A DNA stretch of 62,635 nucleotides, the filler included, from Kipferlia bialata (lineage: Eukaryota), in the NCBI GenBank assembly GCA_003568945.1. It is 5 parts of 5 records of this genome, joined end to end, with 100 filler letters (N's around TTAATTAATTAA, not from the genome) between each part and the next. Parts side by side here need not be neighbours in the genome. Positions count along the whole stretch, not along the records: positions 54,872 to 62,635 come from BDIP01000962.1; 4 more parts are not named here. One strand, 5' to 3'. Shown piece by piece: positions 54,772 to 62,635 of the stretch. Within the stretch, counting starts at the first letter, position 1. Each line of letters opens with the position of its first letter. Made by a program: the position numbers and the translations under genes. Under the pieces are notes generated by a model, which saw only the letters and a list, made by a program, of their open reading frames with translations, did not search any database and was not told the DNA's origin.

Positions 54772-54871
54772 NNNNNNNNNNNNNNNNNNNNNNNNNNNNN
54801 NNNNNNNNNNNNNNNTTAATTAATTAANNNNNNNNNNNNNNNNNNNNNNNNNNNNNNNNNNNNNNNNNNNN
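54772..54871. other. Artificial contig linker
   Basis: N44-TTAATTAATTAA-N44. Confidence 0.97.
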
Positions 54872-54888
54872 CGGTGTTTTTACCCCCG

Positions 54889-54920
<32 letters not shown>

Positions 54921-54935
54921 TGGTCTAACACTCAG

Positions 54936-57900
54936 ATACTACCTCCTTGGTCTATCCATACCATCACCAGATGTCGACAACGGGGTGACCATGAAGGTAA
55001 GACATACTCTCTCTATTCAAGTACCTAGTGAGCATTCCTCTGGATACTCCCGATGCTGCCTTCACACTGTAACATTCTTCTCTTCTTGTTCTCCCTCCTC
55101 TAACCTCTCTAACTCTAGGCCCACCTGGGTGCCTGGCTTACCACCATCCCCCCTGCCGCATGTGCGGCCCTGCCCTTATTACTACCGGCCAGTGACACCT
55201 CTCTCCCCCTCTCTGTTGTGCTGTCCTTAGTGGTCCATGCAGTATTCATAGCGCTGGCTCTCCTCCTAACTAGGCTGCCTCGGAACTTCATATCGATGTC
55301 AGCAAGAGAGAGCCTGTCAATAGCAATGTTTCCCATAAAGCCGAGCGCGTTGCTGCTGCTTCGCGATGGGTGTCTCTCGGCCATATTCCAGGTGCATAAT
55401 ACTCCCTCCATCCACTCTCCTCCTTCTCTCTCATTTCCTCACCCAAGTCTCTCTTTGCTCTGGTTGTGACTGGGGCCCTTACCCCCGACTCACTCCTCTC
55501 TCTCTCTCTGGTGGCTACTGCAGATCGAGAGAGCATCACGTCTGCCCTCTCCCTCTCCACTCTTGCTGTGCTAGTGGTGGTCTGGCAGGCCATGAACGTG
55601 TCAGTGTCTCTGATACTCGGTATTCACCCTGAGAGGTGTGAAACTGCTGAAATATGGTCCTCCTACGGTGGAGGAGTATGTATATTTGTAGGTAGCCAAC
55701 GTCTAACTCCCAGGAACTCTTCTAGCATCACACCTAGCGTGGACTCTGCCCTTTCCAAGGTATGTATACTAATGTGTTTTCGCATGTTTATAGTGGTGTG
55801 ATATATCCTACCCAACCCTCTTCTTTTCCTCACCACATGCCTTTTGGTTCCTTGCCGTGGCCCTGGGCTCCCTCGCTCTTGACACAGCAGTGCCTCTATG
55901 CTGGTTCCTGGTTGTATACAGTGCCGGAGTGCTAGCCCCCCTCAGTGCATTTATCCCAGGTGTGAAGGCCAGACCACTGCCTTATACTGTATATACTCCA
56001 TCTCCTCACGCCAGATGTGCTGGAACTCCTTCAGTTCTATGTCACAGGCACTGTCGTCCCAGCGGCCCTCTCCCTCTCTCCATCGAGGCTTGCACTACCT
56101 CTTCTCAAGGTTGTATCAGCTGCCACTCCCCTTATTGCCTGGGGATATGCCTCTAAGGCTGAGTCCGGCACCACCCCATGGCTCCAGATGGCCGCAGGTC
56201 TCTCTGTTATCATCTCCCTCCTGGTGGTGCCCCTCTTGGGTACATTCCTTCTGCCCAGTAAGCGTGGACCTGGCTTCAACGTAGCATGGGTCATACACGT
56301 GGCTGTGGTCGTTGTCCCCACTGCAGTACTCTTCCTAGACAGCCAGGGGGACTCTCTCTCTGACATAGCCTCGCTAGTGTCTCTAGGTGCCAATAGTGCA
56401 GTCATGTGGGTGCTACTACTGGTCCTGGTAGTCCTGACTGGGATTAGCGGCCCTGTCCCCTTCCGTACACACACGGTGCGGCAGAAGGGAGGGGCGGTCT
56501 CCAATACCAGGAGCATCGTCCTCAAGATAGGTGAGAATTGTCTAAGCCATGCACGTGTATACATACCATTGGTATATTGTCTTGCAGCAAGTATTCCTCC
56601 GCGAATCTCACTCCCAGGCTCTGTGGTAGCGGTTCTCTTCAACCTGGTCCTGTCCACAGACGGGGCCTCTGGCAGTGGCGTGGAGTCAGTCTTTAGTAGG
56701 CTTGTCCTGGCTGATGCCTCACCCTTATCCAGTGCATCAGACATGGCACTCACCCTGGCGTGTCTGGTCGCTGTGACAAGGTGTGTCTCTATACCGTGTT
56801 GGATGTTAATAAGGTATTATACATCTTTGTATTGACCATACCAACATGCAGGTGTCTCCCCCTGGCCATATCCGATCCAGCCAGACTCATGGTGCACACA
56901 GCTGTGGGGTCTATTATTGGACAGGTGTGTGATATTTTTCTGCATTCACAGGTATGAGGGGAAGGAATATGTAGATCATTACTCACCCCAGACTGGTGTG
57001 CTCCAGAGCCTCTCCTCCTCGATCCCATCCACCACTCTGGTCAACACATTAGTGTCAGAGTGTGTCGATATCGCAGCTAGGAGACTCTTCGATGCATTCA
57101 GGCTCTGTGTGTGCCTCTGGAAGAGTGCCCTACACCCCACGGAGGACCCTGTCATAGACGCCGGGAAGTCCTCACCTGGGGCTCTCAGTGTAGGTACTAT
57201 AGCACATGTAATTGTATATATATTTGTATATATAGTCTAGTTTCACTGTTGACCCCAGGTAGCCCGTACCGCCGCACCAGCAACAGGGAGGGTGAGAGCA
57301 GGAGAGAGAGAGGAAGGGGAGGGTCTGGTGGCCCTGTCTGGGCAGCACCAGTCCTAGTTATAATCATCATAGCGTCACCCGTATACGTGCCCTTCTGTGC
57401 CATATTTGCCATCCTAGGTTGCCCCTTGCGGCCTCTGTTTGGGACACCCGTGTTGGTGCCCGGTTACAGGTATACTCCTCAATATATCTCTCAATATTTG
57501 GTTCTATTGAGATCTCTCCCCTTCTATACTGACCAAAGGCGTGGTCGCTCCTTCCTCAACGCCACTCCCCCTCCCGTGGCCCTCTCTATCTCCAAGAAGG
57601 GTGCCTCTCCCTCTCCCTCCACGGTCTCTGGGGCATCATACTCTGTCCTGGTCAGTAGCCTCATAGGCGACAGGAGGTTCAGGAGGTGGGTATCTTCATG
57701 CTTCCATATTTCCACATTTTATAGTCTTTAGTTTCTCACATACCAGGATCCTTCGCACTCAGGTTGGAGGTGCCGGTGTGCTTGGAGTCAGTGGTATGCT
57801 AGGTGGGTAGTTATAGGTGGCAATACCTACTCCCTTCCACACCAAGTCTCACTCTCAGGTGGTGTTGGTGGTGTTGCTCCCAAGGATGTTGTGCTATGTA

Positions 57901-57993
57901 TGCATGACAAGGACCTAGTCATGCTCAGAGTGATGGGCACCACAGGAGGGGGGTACCTCTGCCAGTGTAGGGCACTGGAGCTGCAGGTGTGAC

Positions 57994-58028
<35 letters not shown>

Positions 58029-59100
58029 ATATGTGGTCTAATCCCTAGGAGACTTCGTGCCACAGGCGAGAGAGGCGTATCCTCACCGAGTACCTGGACA
58101 GCGTCTGTGCAGGTATTTCAACCCATTTCTAACCTAGTTTGTTGTACCCCCATTCTCATCCTTAGGCTCTGGGTCTGACGGTGTCCCGGGTCCAGTCGGA
58201 TCATATGGGAGATGGGGTGAGTGCGATTGTCACTCAAGCGCCGCTGTTCTAATACAGCCGTGACACAATGTATTTCTCTTCCTCACACCAGGCGTTGCCA
58301 GGCCATGCGGTGTGGTATCAGTGCCCTGTTTTAGCTACAGGTAAGCTGGCATCAACTATCTTCCGGTTCTGCATATATTTCGCGTCTCATCCTCACCCCA
58401 GCAAGTACCGCCTGCTAGGTGTCTTTGACAGTGTGGATGTCAGGAGGGAGTTCCCCGCCCTGCTGCTGCGTGTCCTGACCCATGTCATCAGATACAGATC
58501 GGGTGGGGGAGGCTGTTGCTACAGTAGTTGTCTCTGTAGTATTTCCAACATCCTCTAGATTGTACCCTTACCCCAGACTCTTCCTTTGTCCGCATCCTTA
58601 TGCGCTATGTGGCCTGTCTGGATATCCCAGAGGACACTCTGCAGGTATGAGGCATATTGCATACGCACAATGCTCACTCTCCCATACATACACTCTCTCT
58701 TTCTACTCTATACAGTTATGTCTCACCCCTTAGACCCTTTCTCAGCAGCACAGCACGGCAGGCGAGGTCAGGGAGAGAGACTCGATGGGAAGCAGGTATG
58801 GGATATATATCTACTGAGATGTACAGCCTGTGTACAAATATGTATACTTACATATACATTCATACCCACCTTAGGGAGGCCATGACCATGGTGAGACCAG
58901 ATAGTAGACCAGCAGCCCATAACCCAGGGGCAGTGGATGCCGAGGAAGGTATGTATATTGTGTTCTATAGTATACCCCTCAAACACTCTCTCTCCCGTTC
59001 TCTCTGACCCTCCAGCTGCAGACGATGCCCTGAGGGGTATGTCCAACTCAGCCAGGGGGGCGCCATACTCACCAGTCCTCGCAAGGTATATACATACTAC

Positions 59101-59133
<33 letters not shown>

Positions 59134-60708
59134 CTCACCCCAGACACATATCTGCCCAGTCTGCCATGGCCCTCACCTCTCTCTCTCTCTCTCTCTTTCT
59201 CTCCCCCTCACCCCAGGCACATATCTGCCCAGTCTGCCATGGCACTGTTCCTCAGTGTGGCCCCCCAGGAGACACAGGAGAGAGAGGCAGGGTGGGAGGC
59301 ATTCGGAGAGAGCGTCCAGGTGGGCAGTATCATAGTTACTAGTTGAGCTGTATATATTTTCGTTTTCAGACTCTGACAAGTAGGACATCCTTGACGCCTT
59401 CTCTGGCGATCTCTTCACATCCAACGGTGGCATCCTGCGTCTCAACGAGTACTCCCCTGTAGAGGTGTGGGCTGAGGGAGAGAGAGAGGAGCTCGTGAAG
59501 GGGGTCATCCATGCGGCCAGAGTTAGCATCAGGTATAACACTTCTCTCTCTCCATCTCTCTCTCGATATGGCTCCTTCTATATGTCTTCTCACCTGCAGG
59601 ATCATGCTGGACACCCTCGTGATGGGCGAGGAGGTGTCAGCTCTGTCCAACTCTGAGTTGAAGGAGTGTGTGCAGGAGGCAGAGACGGTGAGTCACACCA
59701 CATAGTGTGTATAGTATACAGTGTACATGACAGTGAACTCACCCCTCAGTGGAGCCTAGCAGTGCCTGACTCCTCTGAGATGTGTGATCTGCTGTCCTCT
59801 GTCTCTGTACCCAAGGCCTCTAGACACAAGAGGAGGGGCAAGGGCAAGGGAGGGGCCAAGGCAGTGTCACTGGGGGACACAGGTCAGTCAGACAGACACA
59901 CACTTAGTATATATGTCTATCTGTATACATGTATACATCCCCTAAGCATCAGAGTCCCTGCCCGGTCGGGGTGACAGTGCCGCTGTGCAGATATTCGGCA
60001 TCGACTCTGGCTCCGGTGGTGCCTCTGAGTCTCCTGACCCATCCCCTGAGGGTGGGGTGGGCTCCATAGACGTGGAGGGTGATTCCTTTAGACACGGTAG
60101 GAGGGGCGGGATGAACCTCAACTCCTTCAGAAGGGGGGCAGGGGCAGAGAGAGAGGCCGAGAGCAGGAGAGGGTTCCAGTCCGGCACTGCCACTCAGAGG
60201 TTGGTGTTCCCAATATTTGAATACATCTATATATAAATATATGTGTGTATGTATAATTGTTCATGCCTCACCCCAGCTCCAGTCTCTATGGTGTCCAGTA
60301 CAGACTGGCCTCAGAGAGTGTCAAGGTCACAGTCATATCAGGTGAGTACCCGACAATACCAAGGGAGTATGTATAAATCTGTATGTATGTATTCTCTGAC
60401 TCCCCAGGCTACATAGCCGAGTCCCTCTGGTCCACCCTGGTCACAGACCTTGCCTTCCACAACTACGATGACGAGGAGAGATACAGTGTGCAGTCTGACA
60501 CGAGGTATGGAGCAATGTGTATATATATAGTGTTGTATGTATGTACTAGTATGTGTATATTGTATATTTGCACCTGTATGTCACTGTATTCTCAATACAA
60601 CCTCCTCTACCCCCCAGACTTCTGAGGAACATCCTCCTGGAGGCGTGTGCCGCCCCCTTCGGATACCCCCTGGTGGACTTTGGGGAGGTCCTGGTCCCCT
60701 TCCACTGA
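54936..60708 (+). CDS. Pecanex-like multi-pass membrane protein (C-terminus resembles the PCNX4 type); 5' end probably off contig
   Basis: Many hydrophobic exons (55230-57470), then RALELQ|ETSCHRRE, DAFSGDL and the pecanex C-terminal motif ESLWSTLVTDLAFHNYDDEERYSVQSDTR|LLRNILLEACAAPFGYPLV, with a stop at 60706-60708. Confidence 0.82.
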
Positions 60709-60892
60709 TCATTGATTGATTGATCAGTATTGATTCTGATCAGTATTGATTCTTGGAGAAGAGTCTTTGGCTTTGGATATGAGTGCTTCCAGTTTTGTTG
60801 TTCTGTACCATTAGATGTATTGCGTTTAGGAGTAGTTGGCAGTGTTTCACAATAGATGCTCAGTGTATTGGGAGGACTTTGCCGGTCTATTG

Positions 60893-61902
60893 CTACCGTT
60901 TCTTGGCTGTACCCTTCTTCCCAGTCCGTAGGGGGACGTGGCTGCTACGCATTAACTCTACCTCAGTGCCAACATCGATACTGGGCATCATCCCCAAGGT
61001 CTCTAACCCACTGGTGGTAGGTGTGGCCTCAGCCGAGCCTTGACCGGCCTTGACCCCCATGGCAAGACAGGAGTGGATGTCAAACATCTCTGGCAGGGTG
61101 CTTAAGGGCACCACTAGCATGGGTGTGTGGGAGAGGGCACACAGAGAGATGAGGTGCTGGGTGGAGGTGGATCTAGAGGTGACCACTAAAGAGAGGGGGT
61201 GGGGCTCTGCGCTCTGCTCTCCGTCACTCCCAGGGAGTGCCTTGGAAAGACAGCGGGCAACGGCATTAGTCCCTGCTATGAGTGACAGTGGAGAAGAGAC
61301 ACAGCAGGCACGAGACGAATATGCCAATGTCGTATATACATACTATACCTAACAGGAACTGGTCCCTCAGTACTGCTGGTAGCACAGGGGGTCTACGCTT
61401 GTCAGTGGACAGCTTCAACGGTGTGTGTGCCGATAGTATTCTGGTATAAGACAGCTGACAAACACACCAATGAAGGGTTACGTCAACGCTAGGACCCATA
61501 GGTAGCCGAGCCCCGCCAATACAAACCTCCAACTAAAGAGTTCAGTCACTTTACTCACCTTCCCATTTGTTTCTGAAAGGTCTGTGTATCTGGACATCAG
61601 AGGGGCAGAGAGTCAACATGAGTAGAGTGTGATCGATGCACCTAGTACTGATATAGTTAAAGGAGCGAAGAACCACCATACACCCCAGTATGGAAAGGGC
61701 GATGCACCACTGACCTTCGCTACTAACTGAAGGCCACTCATTCACCGTCGGAAGGCATACACTAGTCTTGACACTTGGCCTGATATGAGTGGCCAAATTG
61801 GACTCCAGTACATAGTGCAATAGCATATCATAAGGCAACAACTATCCCTAGTCGCAATATCATATCAGCACACCTGGGGCCCTTGTTCTTGCCCTTCGCC
61901 AT
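60893..61902 (-). CDS. L7Ae-fold protein, RNase P/MRP subunit RPP38/Pop3-like
   Basis: Probable start MAKGKNKGPQ at 61902. Spliced core LRDQFLL|GTNAVARCLSK..LSLVVTSRSTSTQHLISLCALSHTPMLVVPLSTLPEMFDIHSCLAMGVK resembles the L7Ae GxNEVxRxL..HLxxL..P..ALxxK pattern. The N-terminal exons are only partly resolved. Confidence 0.65.
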
Positions 61903-62054
61903 CCTTGTATGATAGAGAGTGCATCTGAGTCAGACACTGATACTCTGTCTACACCCTTGAGTCGGTTTTTCGTTCACGTTTTTGGTGTAAAAGGGTTTGT
62001 TCCTGGCCTCAGACGTAGCTGGTCGTCTGTCTCTCAGCCCTGAGGTGTCCCGCG
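61903..62054. promoter_or_regulatory. Putative compact bidirectional promoter
   Basis: 152 bp separates the divergent ATGs of the L7Ae-like gene (61902, minus) and the WW gene (62055, plus). A T-rich core lies at 61965-62000. Confidence 0.45.
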
Positions 62055-62513
62055 ATGGGTACCAACCCGCCTCTTCCCCCTGGGTGGAAGACGGCCATCC
62101 ATGGAACCACAAATCGCCAGTATTACTACCACAGGTGCCTATATGAGCATATATATATGAGCATATATATATTCACCCTCGATGCTGTTCATATGTATAC
62201 CCATAACTTCATATATCAAAGTGAACAATTGAACCGTTCAAGAGGACATTGGATGATGGTATGGAGGCAAGGGGGCCCCTGAGTCCATGTATACCACTCT
62301 CACCTTTGGGATATCTTGACAATTGGTCTATTGATAGATTCATACCACGTGTTTTCCTCTCCCCTCACTACTGTATGCCTATATATACCCGTTCTCACCC
62401 AGGGAACGTGGCGAGACCATGTGGAACCTGGAGGATGTGCTGGAGAGTGAGAGGGCTGCCCTGGGTGTCATGCCCAACAGTCCCCAGGCCTCGGGGAACT
62501 CAGACACAGAGAG
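62055..62513 (+). CDS. N-terminal WW-domain protein, first two exons, continues beyond the window
   Basis: MGTNPPLPPGWKTAIHGTTNRQYYYHR|ERGETMWNLEDVLE.. matches LPxGW..YYYxxxxxxTxW. The intron is 62135-62402. Confidence 0.82.
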
Positions 62514-62589
62514 GTGGGTGGGTGTGATGGATGTGGGTTAGGGCAGCAGTCTGTAATAAGTTAGGGTTCCAGTAGAGACACGTCCCCCC

Positions 62590-62630
<41 letters not shown>

Positions 62631-62635
62631 ACAAA

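Noticed and set aside
13629..54871. TTAATTAATTAA as a biological motif (e.g. a piggyBac target site)
   Set aside because: It is always centred in exactly 44+44 Ns, so it is a concatenation linker.
13735..61902. Apparent cluster of RNA-processing genes (TARBP1, RRP6, RPP38-like)
   Set aside because: They lie on different contigs joined artificially by size order, so adjacency is meaningless.
51..62527. Most entries of the six-frame ORF track (YIYIYI, SLSLSL, VCVCV ORFs)
   Set aside because: They are microsatellite read-through or antisense shadows of short exons. The real genes emerge only after splicing.

Overview
Eukaryotic, very intron-rich DNA, not prokaryotic. The window is five unrelated contigs joined by artificial N44-TTAATTAATTAA-N44 linkers: 1-13628, 13729-27352, 27453-41068, 41169-54771 and 54872-62635. 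Their lengths descend (13628, 13624, 13616, 13603), as in a size-sorted assembly. Short GT-AG introns with a branch point fused to the acceptor (CTNAC-N3-5-AG), (TA)n/(GA)n microsatellites and poly-ER proteins suggest a free-living fornicate such as Kipferlia (inference). Hand-spliced genes: a secreted Kelch protein, a BEACH protein with a probable WD40 tail, TARBP1/Trm3, an intronless Kelch ORF, RRP6, a secreted single-domain saposin-like protein, a pecanex-like protein, an RPP38-like L7Ae protein, a WW-domain protein and several uncharacterised genes. The main unexplained signal is 'exon-edge echoes'. In several genes most introns hold 1-5 partial copies (15-55 nt) of the adjacent exon end together with its splice site, separated by TA-rich spacers, which looks superficially like CRISPR arrays. 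The copies differ from the real exon mostly at synonymous positions, even when they lie downstream of a stop codon. This points to capture of diverged functional alleles or to ongoing exchange with the exon. A haplotype-stitching assembly artefact must be excluded first.
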